In this document: positions 15,597 to 25,696 of the stretch, piece by piece
Layout of the letters: the number at the start of each line of letters is the position of its first letter
Position numbering within the stretch: position 1 is the first letter of the stretch
The notes under the pieces: generated by a model
What the model saw: the letters and a program-made list of their open reading frames with translations, nothing else
Database searches by the model: none
Told to the model about the DNA's origin: nothing
Position numbers and translations under genes: made by a program
Source of the DNA: an uncultured Eubacteriales bacterium
GTDB lineage: Bacteria > Bacillota > Clostridia > Oscillospirales > Ruminococcaceae
Direction of reading: 5' to 3'
DNA: 64,000 nucleotides
Assembly (NCBI GenBank): GCA_902489745.1
Contig: CABUBB010000008.1
Span: 15,987 to 79,986 of the forward strand

Positions 15597-17483
15597 ATGC
15601 AAACCATTCAAATGAAGATTGATTTCAGCAAAAATCCCATTCCATTTCCCCACTTTTTCAATGCATTCGGCTATGCACACTGTGATTACACCTACACCAA
15701 GCCAAGCCGTAAAATGTACCGGCACCTGGCCTCGATTGGCCGCGATTTTTACTATATGCGGCTGCACAGCATCCTGACGGCACACGGCGACGGCGATTTA
15801 TACATTTTGACCGAAGGGCAGGACTATGGCAACCCCGACGTCAACGCCGGGCGCTGGGTAGACAAGGTCTTTTCCATGAAGGACGGCAAGCTGGCCTGCG
15901 AGTGGAAGTATGTGGACCAGATTTACGACATCATTCTCGCAAGCGGCGGGCGGCCGATTGTAGAGACACACTTCATCCCCTCCTGTATTCAGAGTGAGGA
16001 TTATTTTATCCCAAAGGATTACAACCTCTGGGCAGAGGTGTTGCAGCTTTTTGTCCGGCACTGCATTGAGCGGTACGGGTTGGACGAGGTACGCAAGTGG
16101 TACTTTGAAATTTGGAATGAGCCGGACAACCATGAAAAATGGCTTCACGATTCCAGCACATTAATGGCCTTTTACGACTATTTTGAATACGCCATCCACA
16201 GTGTGGACGACCAGCTGAAGGTTGGCGGCCCGGCGGTCAAGCAGTGGGAGGGCGCGGAAAAAATCTACCGTGAATTTTTAGAACACTGCGCGCACGGGCT
16301 TAATTACAAGCGCGGAACCTTCGGAACCCGCATCGACTTTGTCTCGGTGCACTGCAAAGCCGGCTACCCGGAGGAGAACAACCCAAACATCGACGTCATG
16401 TTTGAGTGGCTCAAGCGGTATACCTCGATTTTGCAGGAATATCCGGAATTTCGGGATATTGAATTTTTCAACGACGAATCCGACATTGTATGGCACGGCA
16501 ACCTCGGCACCTGGGTAAAAAGCTGGCTCAACTTCCGCAATACCCATTACCCGGCGGGGATTACCTGCAAAATGATGACCAAATACTGCGACCTGGTGCT
16601 GGACGACTGGAAGGTCAACCTCAAGGTGGTGGACAGCGACAACTGCCACACCCAGTGGGAACGCTACCTCTATTCCGGCAACCGTTCCCAGTTTACCCCG
16701 CTCAACAAATACGGGACCGATGATCTCATCAAAAAGCCGCTGTTCAACGCTTATGTGCTGCTCAACCGCTTGGGGGACATCCGTTACAAGGCCGTATGTA
16801 ACGACGAGGGCTTTGGGGATAAATTCGGCGTCCTGCCGACCTCCTGCAAGGACGGCTATGCCGTAATGGTGTGGAACTTTGAGGACGGTATGGAGGACGA
16901 CATCAACCCGCGGAAGGTACACCTCAAGCTGGATGAAATGAAATCCGGGCGGTACCGGCTCGCCCATTACCGCATTGATAAGGAGCACAGCTCTTCTTAT
17001 CACATCTGGCAGCAGTTTGGCAAACCAGAGGAGCCAAATGCGGAACAGATTCAGGCCATGCGCGCCCACGAGGGACTGGAACTTTACGAGGAAAATATGG
17101 AAATGCTATTGGGCAGCGGCTGCGCGCTGGACGTGGAACTGCCAATGCACGCGGTTTCCCTGCTGCTGTTCACCCCGGTGAGCCAGACGGCCCCGGCGGC
17201 GCCGGAAGGCATTTGGGCCACTGCAGAGGATGGATTTGCCGGCAACCGTCAAATCTTTTTGCAATGGAAGCCAAACCGTGAATACGATTTGATGCGGTAT
17301 CGCATCCTGCGGAGCGAGGATGGCGGCGATTATAAGGAGATCACCGGCAATACTATGCTGAATGTTTCGGCCTATACGGATATGACCGCAGAGCGAGGAA
17401 AAACCTATCGTTACATCATCAAGGCGCAGAATTTCTCCGGTGCGGAGAGCGGCGCCTCGGAACCATTTACCATTGAAGCGTAA
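15597..17483 (+). CDS. Cytoplasmic clan GH-A glycoside hydrolase (GH39-like) with a C-terminal Fn3-like domain
   Basis: It has the acid/base-type motif WYFEIWNEPDN and no signal peptide. The C-terminal ~90 aa (FLQWKPN...YRYIIKAQN) look Fn3-like. Confidence 0.6.
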   Translation: MQTIQMKIDFSKNPIPFPHFFNAFGYAHCDYTYTKPSRKMYRHLASIGRDFYYMRLHSILTAHGDGDLYILTEGQDYGNPDVNAGRWVDKVFSMKDGKLACEWKYVDQIYDIILASGGRPIVETHFIPSCIQSEDYFIPKDYNLWAEVLQLFVRHCIERYGLDEVRKWYFEIWNEPDNHEKWLHDSSTLMAFYDYFEYAIHSVDDQLKVGGPAVKQWEGAEKIYREFLEHCAHGLNYKRGTFGTRIDFVSVHCKAGYPEENNPNIDVMFEWLKRYTSILQEYPEFRDIEFFNDESDIVWHGNLGTWVKSWLNFRNTHYPAGITCKMMTKYCDLVLDDWKVNLKVVDSDNCHTQWERYLYSGNRSQFTPLNKYGTDDLIKKPLFNAYVLLNRLGDIRYKAVCNDEGFGDKFGVLPTSCKDGYAVMVWNFEDGMEDDINPRKVHLKLDEMKSGRYRLAHYRIDKEHSSSYHIWQQFGKPEEPNAEQIQAMRAHEGLELYEENMEMLLGSGCALDVELPMHAVSLLLFTPVSQTAPAAPEGIWATAEDGFAGNRQIFLQWKPNREYDLMRYRILRSEDGGDYKEITGNTMLNVSAYTDMTAERGKTYRYIIKAQNFSGAESGASEPFTIEA

Positions 17484-17498
17484 AAGGAGGATAACACT

Positions 17499-18527
17499 AT
17501 GGCAACCCACATGACAATGGCAAAGCTGGATCTGGTAGACGGCCCGGGTGAAAACACCCAAATGGCGGCAGTGCTGGAGCAACCTTATAAAATCCGGCCG
17601 GCTTATGCAAAAATTCCGGAGCCGGGGCCGGACGAGGTTCGGGTAAAGATCAAATACACCGGAATATGCGGTTCGGACCTGGAGGCTTACCGAGGCACCC
17701 GCGCGCCGGAGTTCATCAGCATTCCGGCACGGCTTGGGCATGAAGTCGGCGGGATTATTGATAAAATCGGCGAGAACGTACGCGGCCTGCGGGTGGGTGA
17801 TAAGGTAACCTGCCGCTATATTTGGGGGGCGTTTGCGCAGTACATTGTCTGCAAGCCATTTAATGTTAAGGTGCTGCCGGAACATTTCCCGCTGAAAACC
17901 ATCAGCCCGGTGGAGGTTCTCCCAGGGATTCTGCACGCAGTGGATCTGGCCAAAATTGACCAGACCAAAAATGTGCTGATTATGGGGCAGGGCGTAAGCG
18001 GCCTCTTGATGACCCAGGCAGTGGCGCTCTCCAATCCGAAAAATCTTGTCGTCACCGACCTGTACGACAGTCATCTCACACTTGCAAAACAATACGGAGC
18101 CACCCATACCTACAAACTCTCCGCACACGACGCCAAGACGGCGGATGTAGTCAAGCAGGACTTCCCAGACGGATTTGACATCGTCATCCCCTGTTTGCTG
18201 GAGGGCGACGGGCTGGTGGACGCTATTGATATGGCGGCGGTCTGCGGAAAGATTATCCTCTACGGATGCATTGGGGTTTGCAACAAGCCTATTGACTTTT
18301 TCCGTTTCCACCGCAAACGACTGGAACTCTACAGCACCGAGCCGCGGCGGGACATCGACATGCGGCATTATTTCCACGATGGAATTGAACTCATCTGTGA
18401 CGGACTAATCCAAACCGATGGAATCATCACCCACATTGTTCCGCTCTCCCGGATTCAGGAGGCATTTGACATCCGCAACCAAGCGGGCGAGGATACCATT
18501 CACGTGCTGGTGGACTGCGAGGCTTGA
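17499..18527 (+). CDS. Zn-dependent medium-chain alcohol/polyol dehydrogenase (sorbitol/threonine-DH-like)
   Basis: It has GICGSDLEAY and GHEVGG motifs and a GxGxxG-like MGQGVSG. An AAGGAGG RBS precedes the start, which lies 15 nt after the GH39 stop. Confidence 0.8.
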   Translation: MATHMTMAKLDLVDGPGENTQMAAVLEQPYKIRPAYAKIPEPGPDEVRVKIKYTGICGSDLEAYRGTRAPEFISIPARLGHEVGGIIDKIGENVRGLRVGDKVTCRYIWGAFAQYIVCKPFNVKVLPEHFPLKTISPVEVLPGILHAVDLAKIDQTKNVLIMGQGVSGLLMTQAVALSNPKNLVVTDLYDSHLTLAKQYGATHTYKLSAHDAKTADVVKQDFPDGFDIVIPCLLEGDGLVDAIDMAAVCGKIILYGCIGVCNKPIDFFRFHRKRLELYSTEPRRDIDMRHYFHDGIELICDGLIQTDGIITHIVPLSRIQEAFDIRNQAGEDTIHVLVDCEA

Positions 18528-18611
18528 ACCCCCAGCGGTAAAAGCACATATAAATCCTCTGCAAACAATAAAATTAAGAACCTATGCGGATAGTTGTAGG
18601 CTCTTAACAAA

Positions 18612-18640
18612 AGCACCTCAGGATTCTGGGGTGCTTTTTC
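18612..18640. terminator. Bidirectional terminator downstream of the ADH (+) and azlD (-) genes
   Basis: A 10-bp stem (agcacctcag / ctggggtgct) with a 4-nt loop has T-runs on both strands. Confidence 0.65.
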
Positions 18641-18855
18641 ATTGAGCGAAAGGCGAAAAATCCCGCGTGGAACGCATCTATCCTCGCTGTACCTTTCATA
18701 AACGGTTGGCTTCACCAACTATGAAACCGTTACGGTACATTCAATCTTTTATCAAGCGGGCCGGTTGAAATATGCGTACATTAAAAACCTATGCCCTAAA
18801 AACTTTATGGTCAAATCGACTTAAACTATAGCAACTCACATTCTTGCATTCATCC

Positions 18856-19179
18856 TTAGGGCAGGATATAGCGGATGACGCACTCCACCAGTAAAACACC
18901 GCCACAGGCCGACAGCGCAACGGTGAGCAGGCCCTTTTCAAAATAAGACAGTACTATAGCAATGAGCAGCCCTGACGCCGCTGACCAGACGCTTCCGGTG
19001 GAAAAGAAAATATCTGGGAAGGTCATGGCGCCGAGGACGGCATACGGCACATAATACAGAAATGACTGCACAAATTCGTTTTCCAGCTTGCGCTTGAATA
19101 CGGCAAGCGGAAGCATTCGGATAAGGTAGGTGACCCCCGCCATGACGGCGAGATTAATCCAAAAAGTCTCAGGGAGCAT
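18856..19179 (-). CDS. azlD: AzlD-family branched-chain amino acid transport protein
   Basis: A 107-aa hydrophobic protein whose start overlaps the azlC stop by 1 nt. Confidence 0.75.
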   Translation of the reverse strand: MLPETFWINLAVMAGVTYLIRMLPLAVFKRKLENEFVQSFLYYVPYAVLGAMTFPDIFFSTGSVWSAASGLLIAIVLSYFEKGLLTVALSACGGVLLVECVIRYILP

Positions 19180-19940
19180 CAGGAATCCGCCTCCTTCCTA
19201 TGGCTGTGTACCGGAAAGAAGCGAGCGCCGAATGCGGCAGCGGCAACGGCACAGATGATGATAACGAAGCCGGAGGAAATTTGGTTGAGGCCCGGTACAA
19301 AACGGAAGATGCAGCTCAGTGCTACAGCTACGAGAATGACCTTGAATACCGGCCGGAAATGTTTGGCGGGCGGGATGATGATGGCAAGGAACATGCCGTA
19401 GATGGCAATGCCGAGCGCCGACTGGACAATCTCTGGGAGAAGGCTGCTGGCCGCCGCGCCGAGAAAGGTACCGAAGGCCCATCCAAAATAAGGGGTGAGG
19501 ATCAATCCGTATAGATAGCGGCGGCCGACCTCGCCCGGCTTGCTGCTGGCAACGGCAAAGATTTCGTCGGTGTTGCAGAAAGCAATGAGAACGCGATCCA
19601 GTAAGCGCACCGAATGGTGAAGTTTCTGGGAAAGTGAGAGTGACATGAGGGCATAACGGGCGTTGATGACAAGCTGGGTCAGCGCCATTTCAACCAGAGA
19701 GCCAGGGCCGGCGAGCAACGGCAGGCCGGCGAACTGCCCGGCGGAGGTGACGTTAAGCATGGAGATGACGACAGCGGCCCAAACCGGCAGGCCGGCAGCG
19801 ACTGCCATGATACCAAAGGTAAAGGAAACCGAAAGATACCCCAGAGCAATGGGGACGCCGTCCCGCAGACCAGTACGAAAACGGTTTTCAAGCGGCGGGC
19901 TATTTTTGGCCGCCGCAGGAACAGTTGGTTGGGTTGCCAC
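19179..19940 (-). CDS. azlC: AzlC-family branched-chain amino acid permease component
   Basis: It has an AzlC-like N-terminus (GLRDGVPIALGYLSVSFTFG) and is polytopic. The start is GTG. Confidence 0.75.
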   Translation of the reverse strand: MATQPTVPAAAKNSPPLENRFRTGLRDGVPIALGYLSVSFTFGIMAVAAGLPVWAAVVISMLNVTSAGQFAGLPLLAGPGSLVEMALTQLVINARYALMSLSLSQKLHHSVRLLDRVLIAFCNTDEIFAVASSKPGEVGRRYLYGLILTPYFGWAFGTFLGAAASSLLPEIVQSALGIAIYGMFLAIIIPPAKHFRPVFKVILVAVALSCIFRFVPGLNQISSGFVIIICAVAAAAFGARFFPVHSHRKEADS

Positions 19941-20022
19941 GGTAATTGGTTGCTCCTTTGCAAAAAGATGGGGTTTAACCGTAAAAAAACGCCTCCGCTT
20001 TTGCCCGGTGGCGTTTGAACGA

Positions 20023-20262
20023 TCAACCGTTCATGTTGATGAAAGACATCATAAACGGAATAGCCCAGACCATAAAAAGAATCAAGCCGATGGCACAGGC
20101 CGAGGTGATAAGGATCCGCTTGAGCTGGGTGCCGGTGGAACCTTCCTCCTGCTCCGGATCATAAGGGGGCTGATCAGAAAAATCAAACTGTTTTTCACAT
20201 TCTTCACAGATGCCGTGCTCTGTGAGCTTGTCTACATTTTTACGGCAAAGCATACAACGCAT
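20023..20262 (-). CDS. Small Zn-ribbon membrane protein (79 aa), function unknown
   Basis: The N-terminus MRCMLCRKNV..HGICEECEK has a CxxC..CxxC pattern, and one C-terminal TM segment follows. An AGGAG RBS sits 7 nt before the ATG at 20262. The ORF-track start at 20325 has no RBS. Confidence 0.55.
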   Translation of the reverse strand: MRCMLCRKNVDKLTEHGICEECEKQFDFSDQPPYDPEQEEGSTGTQLKRILITSACAIGLILFMVWAIPFMMSFINMNG

Positions 20263-20285
20263 AGATTTGCTCCTACAACATAAGA

Positions 20286-20317
20286 CTGCGGTAACTGCCG
20301 CAGGATTTTTTATTTTT
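20286..20317 (+). terminator. Orphan terminator-like hairpin that is functional only in the plus orientation
   Basis: A ctgcgg-taactg-ccgcag hairpin is followed by GATTTTTTATTTTT. No plus-strand gene lies upstream of it. Confidence 0.35.
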
Positions 20318-20482
20318 GCGGACAAGAGAGAACGATATACGTCTAAGGGAACGGCCTATATCCCATTGGATGGCAAACACTTCCTTACGAAAGTGTCACC
20401 GAAAGCGGTGCAAAATGCCGCTGTGTTCCTTATGGATGAATTCAAAAGCAGCGGTTTTCTATTATCCCATTTGTCCGGATTT

Positions 20483-20511
20483 ATTATACCATGCTTTGCA
20501 ATTTTGCGCAA
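20483..20511 (-). promoter_or_regulatory. Promoter of the Zn-ribbon gene, with a leader of about 200 nt
   Basis: On the minus strand it reads TTGCGC, a 17-nt spacer, then TATAAT with an upstream TGG (extended -10). It lies immediately after the rplQ terminator. Confidence 0.5.
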
Positions 20512-20543
20512 ACAAAAAGCACGGCGGAATTACGCCGTGCTTT
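20510..20543 (-). terminator. Rho-independent terminator of the ribosomal alpha operon, after rplQ
   Basis: On the minus strand the stem agcacggcg / cgccgtgct is followed by TTTTGTTTG. Confidence 0.7.
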
Positions 20544-20557
20544 ACTATGCTCTGTGG

Positions 20558-20899
20558 TTAGATGAGCTCAATGATTGCCATTTCTGCTGCGTCGCCGCGG
20601 CGCGGGCCAATCTTTACAATTCTGGTGTAACCACCGTTTTTGTCGGCGTATTTCGGAGAAATTTCATCCAGAACTTTTTTGGCGACAGACTCTTTGGTGA
20701 TATAAGAATAAACCTGACGTTTATTGTGGAGAGAGCTGTCTTTGCCGACTGTAATCATCTTTTCAGCCATAGCACGAACTTCTTTGGCGCGTGTTACGGT
20801 TGTTTCAATCTTACCATTCTCAAGCAAGTAGGTAACCATCGCTCTGAGCATTGCTTTTCTGTGGTCAGTGCTTCTGCCCAGCTTTCTGCTTCCTGCCAT
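20558..20899 (-). CDS. rplQ: 50S ribosomal protein L17
   Basis: The sequence is L17 and the gene sits after rpoA. Confidence 0.95.
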   Translation of the reverse strand: MAGSRKLGRSTDHRKAMLRAMVTYLLENGKIETTVTRAKEVRAMAEKMITVGKDSSLHNKRQVYSYITKESVAKKVLDEISPKYADKNGGYTRIVKIGPRRGDAAEMAIIELI

Positions 20900-20957
20900 T
20901 TGAATTCACTCCTTACCCTATCGGATTTCCCGGGAAATCATCACCGGGAAACCGGTA

Positions 20958-21911
20958 TTATTCGTCGTTGCCGCTGTTCAAATTAAAGCCGAGGGCCTTG
21001 AGTTTTTCAACGACCTCTTCCAGCGACTTTCTGCCGAGGTTTCTGACTTTCATCATATCATCCTCGGATTTATTGATCAAATCCTCAACCGTGTTGATGC
21101 CTGCACGCTTCAAGCAGTTGAAGGAACGCACAGACAGGTCAAGCTCCTCAATGGTCATCTCGAGGACTTTTTCTTTGCCCTTGTCGTCTTTTTCCACCAT
21201 AATCTCGGTGTTATATGCTTCCTCAGACAAATCAATAAACAGATTCAGATGCTCGTTGAGAACCTTGGCGCCCAGGGAAACGGCTTCTTTCGCAGAAATC
21301 GTCCCATCGGTCCAAATTTCCAGGGTCAGCTTATCGTAGTCGGTAATCTGGCCCACACGTGTATTTTCCACGGTATAGTTCACTTTGAGCACAGGGGTGT
21401 AAATACTGTCCACCGGAATAACGCCAATGGTGGACTGGAGATTCTGCTTGTTGCGCTCCGACGGGACATAGCCCCGGCCGCGGTCAATGACAATCTCCAT
21501 ATACAATTTTGCGCCCTGTGAAAGGGTTGCAATATGCATACCCGGGTCGAGAATCTCGACTTCGCTGTCTGCTTTGATATCGCCGGCAGTTACTTCACAC
21601 TCGCCCTCCGCCTCAATGTAGACGGTTTTGGGAGCTTCGCCGTGAATCTTTGCAATTAAGCCTTTGATGTTCAGAACAATCTCAGTGACGTCTTCTTTCA
21701 CGCCAGGGATGGTTGAAAACTCGTGTTGTACGCCGTCAATTTTAATTGATGTAACAGCAACACCAGGTAGCGAGGAGAGCAGCACACGTCTTAAACTATT
21801 ACCCAGAGTTGTGCCGTAGCCGCGCTCGAGCGGTTCGAGAACAAACCGGCCGTAGGTGCCGTCCGGTTTAATTTCTGCCGTCTCAATTCTTGGCTTTTCG
21901 ATTTCAATCAT
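20958..21911 (-). CDS. rpoA: DNA-directed RNA polymerase alpha subunit
   Basis: The N-terminus is [25 protein letters not shown], and the C-terminal domain is present. Confidence 0.95.
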   Translation of the reverse strand: MIEIEKPRIETAEIKPDGTYGRFVLEPLERGYGTTLGNSLRRVLLSSLPGVAVTSIKIDGVQHEFSTIPGVKEDVTEIVLNIKGLIAKIHGEAPKTVYIEAEGECEVTAGDIKADSEVEILDPGMHIATLSQGAKLYMEIVIDRGRGYVPSERNKQNLQSTIGVIPVDSIYTPVLKVNYTVENTRVGQITDYDKLTLEIWTDGTISAKEAVSLGAKVLNEHLNLFIDLSEEAYNTEIMVEKDDKGKEKVLEMTIEELDLSVRSFNCLKRAGINTVEDLINKSEDDMMKVRNLGRKSLEEVVEKLKALGFNLNSGNDE

Positions 21912-22006
21912 TTATAACCCTCCTGTATGCATGCCCAACGCGTACGATGAGCTAAAATGTTTCGACCGGCGAACCGGCAAGCCATAGTTCCGATTCATGA
22001 TGCAAA

Positions 22007-22032
22007 GCGCAAGGCCGGAGAAGGCCTTACGC
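22007..22032 (-). other. GC-rich hairpin between rpsD and rpoA, possibly a partial terminator or processing site
   Basis: On the minus strand gcgtaaggcc-ttctcc-ggccttgcgc forms a 10-bp stem followed by TTTG only. Confidence 0.3.
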
Positions 22033-22062
22033 CCGCCCTGCACATGAAACAGTAATCGAAGA

Positions 22063-22689
22063 TTACTTGGAATAAAGCTCGACAATGAGATGCTCTTCGA
22101 CATCAAGGTCGATGTCCTCACGGTTCGGCAAACGGCTCACTTTGGCAGTGAGGTTTTCCTTGTTGAGGTCAAGCCACATGGGGATTGGACGCGCGCCGGT
22201 GGATTCCAGAACTGCTTTGATTTTGTCGCTGGAACGGCTCTTGTCGCAGATGGAAATCTCGTCGCCTTCTTTTACGAGGAAGGAAGGAATGTTGACCTTT
22301 TTGCCATTGACGAGGTAATGGTTATGAACAACCAACTGTCTGGCCTCTGCTCTGGAAGTTGCAAAGCCTAGGCGGTAAACAACATTGTCAAGGCGGGTCT
22401 CAAGGATACGGAGGAGGTTTTCACCGGTCATGCCGGCTTTACGCTCTGCCATATCGAAATATTTTGCGAACTGGCTTTCCAAGACGCCGTAATAACGTCT
22501 GGTTTTCTGTTTCGCTCTCAACTGAATACCATATTCAGACACTTTTTTGCGGCTTTGACCGTGCTGGCCAGGGGCATAGCCTCTTCTGGCGAAGGCACAT
22601 TTATCAGAATAGCAGCGTTCGCCTTTGAGGAACAATTTCTGTCCTTCACGGCGGCACATTCTGCATACCGCGCCGGTATATCTTGCCAT
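22063..22689 (-). CDS. rpsD: 30S ribosomal protein S4
   Basis: The sequence is S4 and includes the N-terminal Cys4 motif CRMCRREG...CYSDKC. Confidence 0.95.
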   Translation of the reverse strand: MARYTGAVCRMCRREGQKLFLKGERCYSDKCAFARRGYAPGQHGQSRKKVSEYGIQLRAKQKTRRYYGVLESQFAKYFDMAERKAGMTGENLLRILETRLDNVVYRLGFATSRAEARQLVVHNHYLVNGKKVNIPSFLVKEGDEISICDKSRSSDKIKAVLESTGARPIPMWLDLNKENLTAKVSRLPNREDIDLDVEEHLIVELYSK

Positions 22690-22706
22690 TTCGTTACACC
22701 TCCAAA

Positions 22707-23108
22707 TTAGACACGTCTTCTTTTCGGCGGACGGCAGCCGTTATGCGGAATCGGGGTGACGTCTTTAATCATGGTCACCTCAAGACCTGCGGACTGCAGT
22801 GCGCGGATAGCAGCCTCACGTCCAGAACCAGGGCCTTTGACAAAAACTTCAACCGTTTTAAGGCCATGCTCCATAGCCGCTTTTGCAGCGGTTTCAGCAG
22901 CGGTCTGGGCTGCAAACGGGGTGGATTTTCTGGAGCCGCGGAAGCCAAGGCCACCGGCGGAAGCCCAGGAAATTGCATTGCCCTGCGTGTCAGTAATGGT
23001 TACCATTGTATTATTGAAAGTGGACTGGATATGAACGGCGCCACGCTCAATGTTTTTACGTTCACGACGTCTGCGGACAGTCGTTTTCTTAGCATTCTTA
23101 ACAGCCAT
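22707..23108 (-). CDS. rpsK: 30S ribosomal protein S11
   Basis: The sequence is S11. Confidence 0.95.
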   Translation of the reverse strand: MAVKNAKKTTVRRRRERKNIERGAVHIQSTFNNTMVTITDTQGNAISWASAGGLGFRGSRKSTPFAAQTAAETAAKAAMEHGLKTVEVFVKGPGSGREAAIRALQSAGLEVTMIKDVTPIPHNGCRPPKRRRV

Positions 23109-23127
23109 GTGTTCTTATCCTTTCCTA

Positions 23128-23496
23128 TTATTTCTTTTTGTTCGCAACCGTCTTAACCGGGCCTTTGCGGGTACGCGCATTGGTCTTGGTTCTCTGACCG
23201 CGGACGGGCAAGCCTTTGCGGTGGCGAACACCACGGTAGCAGCCAATTTCGATCAACCGTTTGATGTTGAGCGCAGTACTTCTGCGAAGATCGCCTTCAA
23301 CCTCAAGGTTTTTGTCGATGTAATCACGAAGCGCGGCCTCGTCGGCGTCGGTCAAATCCTTGACTCTGGTGTCAGGATTGATGCCGGTTGCCTCAAGGAT
23401 TCTCTTCGCGGTTGCATCACCGATGCCGTAGATATAAGTAATACCAACTTCGATTCTCTTATCTCTCGGCAAGTCAACTCCAGCTATACGAGCCAT
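23128..23496 (-). CDS. rpsM: 30S ribosomal protein S13
   Basis: The N-terminus is [14 protein letters not shown]. Confidence 0.95.
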   Translation of the reverse strand: MARIAGVDLPRDKRIEVGITYIYGIGDATAKRILEATGINPDTRVKDLTDADEAALRDYIDKNLEVEGDLRRSTALNIKRLIEIGCYRGVRHRKGLPVRGQRTKTNARTRKGPVKTVANKKK

Positions 23497-23615
23497 TTTC
23501 TACCTTGCACCTCCAGTGCTTGACGAAAGCCCTTCCCTCCCTGTGCATTACAGGTTTACAGGAACTCATTTTCGTCTGCTTGAAATTTATATGGGTTTAT
23601 TGCGAAACAAAATAA

Positions 23616-23729
23616 TTAACCCTGGCGCTGTTTATGCTTCGGGTTCTGGCAGATTACCATGATACGCCCTTTGCGCTTGATAACCTTGCATTTTTCACAA
23701 ATAGGTTTTACCGAAGGCCTTACTTTCAT
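23616..23729 (-). CDS. rpmJ: 50S ribosomal protein L36. It is absent from the ORF track because it is shorter than 60 aa.
   Basis: Hand translation gives [46 protein letters not shown] precedes it. Confidence 0.9.
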   Translation of the reverse strand: MKVRPSVKPICEKCKVIKRKGRIMVICQNPKHKQRQG

Positions 23730-23790
23730 TTGAAATACCTCCTAACGAGCGCCGGACCGCAGCCTTAAGCTCTGGCCGGACAACATTCGG

Positions 23791-24009
23791 TTATTTGGAG
23801 CGCCAGGTAATGCGCCCCTTGGTTAAATCGTACGGTGACATTTCAACGGTCACCTTATCGCCTGGCAGGATACGGATGAAGTTCATCCGCAGCTTGCCGG
23901 ATATATGAGCCAGAATCTTATGGCCGTTTGCAAGCTCCACCTGGAACATGGCATTCGGCAGGGATTCTACAACAGTACCTTCAATTTCGATGACATCATC
24001 TTTCGCCAA
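23791..24009 (-). CDS. infA: Translation initiation factor IF-1
   Basis: A 72-aa S1-like IF-1 sequence. Confidence 0.95.
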   Translation of the reverse strand: MAKDDVIEIEGTVVESLPNAMFQVELANGHKILAHISGKLRMNFIRILPGDKVTVEMSPYDLTKGRITWRSK

Positions 24010-24027
24010 GCAAATACCTCCCTATCG

Positions 24028-24297
24028 TCAATCTGCTTCCGACCGACCGCCGTACTGGAAAGGCCAGAGGAGCCGCCGGAGCATTTTATCACTGTGGATT
24101 TCGCCTAATACAAGAGTTTGCCGCAGAACAACAAGGTGTTTAGGGTTTTTGCGTTTTGGACGCTCCAGCAGGCGGTATTTTCCGTCTGCCACAAGCGGCC
24201 AGCCTTCTGAAAACCCTATGACCACACCGTAGCTGCCTGCGTCATGACCTGCCGTGGATTTTACCACTGAGCCCTCCGTCAGCTGCATTAAAACCAC
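24028..24297 (-). CDS. Small KOW-domain protein commonly found between map and infA in Clostridia
   Basis: An 89-aa protein with a KOW-like N-terminus (GSVVKSTAGHDAG). The call also rests on its position. Confidence 0.5.
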   Translation of the reverse strand: MVLMQLTEGSVVKSTAGHDAGSYGVVIGFSEGWPLVADGKYRLLERPKRKNPKHLVVLRQTLVLGEIHSDKMLRRLLWPFQYGGRSEAD

Positions 24298-24298
24298 C

Positions 24299-25048
24299 TC
24301 ACGCCCTTGTCAGGATGACAGGACCGTCGCGTGTAATTGCAATGGTGTGTTCGAAATGTGCCGAAAGACTGCCTGAGGCCGTTTTAACCGTCCAGCCGTC
24401 CGCAAGCACGTTCACGCCCTCGCCCTTGATGTTGATCATGGGTTCGATTGCCAGCGTCATACCCGCTGCGAGCCGCACGCCCCGCCCTGCGGGACCATAG
24501 TTCGGAACTTCTGGGGATTCGTGAAGCTCATGCCCCACACCGTGACCGACAAACTGCTTGACGACCGCGTAGCCCCTGCTTGTGACATAGGATTCAATCG
24601 CGTGAGACACATCGCCGAGGCGGTTGCCAACGCGCGCCATTTTTATGCCTTCATAAAGGCTCTGCTCGGTGACATCCATAAGCTGCCTTGCTTCCGGCGA
24701 AACGTCGCCGACAGCATAGGTAGCTGCGTTGTCGCCGTGGTATCCATCCACATAGGCGCCTACATCCACCTTGACGATGTCCCCATTCTGGATAATCCGC
24801 TTTTTACTTGGAATACCGTGGATAACCTCGTCATTGAGTGAGATGCATGCGCTGCCAGGGAAGCCGCCATACCCTAAAAAGGACGGTTTTGCCCCCTGTG
24901 AGAGGATGAATTCCCGGATAATCATGTCAAGCTCGTAGGTGCTCATGCCTGCTTCCAGCCGCTCGCCGGCAAGCCTTAACGCTTGGGCGGAGATGGTGGT
25001 TGCCTTGCGCATGCGCTCAAGTTCACGAGCTGTTTTGAGCGAAATCAT
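24299..25048 (-). CDS. map: Type I methionine aminopeptidase
   Basis: The sequence is MetAP-like, with metal-ligand regions such as DIVKVDVGA and HGVGHELHE. Confidence 0.9.
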   Translation of the reverse strand: MISLKTARELERMRKATTISAQALRLAGERLEAGMSTYELDMIIREFILSQGAKPSFLGYGGFPGSACISLNDEVIHGIPSKKRIIQNGDIVKVDVGAYVDGYHGDNAATYAVGDVSPEARQLMDVTEQSLYEGIKMARVGNRLGDVSHAIESYVTSRGYAVVKQFVGHGVGHELHESPEVPNYGPAGRGVRLAAGMTLAIEPMINIKGEGVNVLADGWTVKTASGSLSAHFEHTIAITRDGPVILTRA

Positions 25049-25050
25049 GT

Positions 25051-25683
25051 TTAAGCCTCCACAGCTTTAATGGTCAGTGCAGTAGTATCTTTCACTTCTT
25101 CCTGACCAACGACGACGACGAGTTTACCAGCTTTTTCATAATACCCTTTCAAAGGCTCGGTCTGCTCATGGTAGACCTGCAAACGCTCTTTGACGGTATC
25201 CGGATGGTCATCTTTGCGGAGCACGGTCTTGCCGCCGCACTTGTCGCAGACACCTTCCGCTTTGGAAGGTTTATACTCCAGGTGATAGGAGGCGCCGCAC
25301 ACTTCACAGACCCGTCTGCCGGAAAGCCTTGCCATGATTTTTTCATCCGGGACCTCGATATCGACAACGCGGTCAATGACGATACCCATTTGGTCAAGGG
25401 CTTCAGCCTGCGGGACGGTACGCGGAAAGCCGTCCAGAATAAAGCCGTTTTTGCAGTCGTCCTTCGCAAGACGCTCTTTGATGATGCCAATGACGATATC
25501 ATCCGGCACCAGTTTTCCTTCATCCATATAGGACTTGGCTTTCAGCCCCATTTCGGTGCCGTTTTTGAGCGCTTCACGAATGATGTTGCCGGTAGAAATG
25601 GTTGGGATACCGAGGTGTTCGGAAATAACCTCTGCCTGGGTCCCTTTACCAGCGCCCGGCGCACCTAAAAAAATCAGGTTCAT
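25051..25683 (-). CDS. adk: Adenylate kinase with a Zn-lid
   Basis: It has the P-loop GAPGAGKGTQ and a lid with CEVCG...CDKCG. Confidence 0.95.
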   Translation of the reverse strand: MNLIFLGAPGAGKGTQAEVISEHLGIPTISTGNIIREALKNGTEMGLKAKSYMDEGKLVPDDIVIGIIKERLAKDDCKNGFILDGFPRTVPQAEALDQMGIVIDRVVDIEVPDEKIMARLSGRRVCEVCGASYHLEYKPSKAEGVCDKCGGKTVLRKDDHPDTVKERLQVYHEQTEPLKGYYEKAGKLVVVVGQEEVKDTTALTIKAVEA

Positions 25684-25696
25684 AGCGTTCCTCCCA

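Noticed and set aside
14654-15622. The 322-aa ORF, read as one protein (GNAT fused to a long basic tail).
   Set aside because: The part after about 15183 is out-of-frame read-through into the intergenic region. The genuine GNAT C-terminus is in the +1 frame and ends at 15293. The region upstream of 14816 contains a TATAAT box and an RBS rather than coding sequence.
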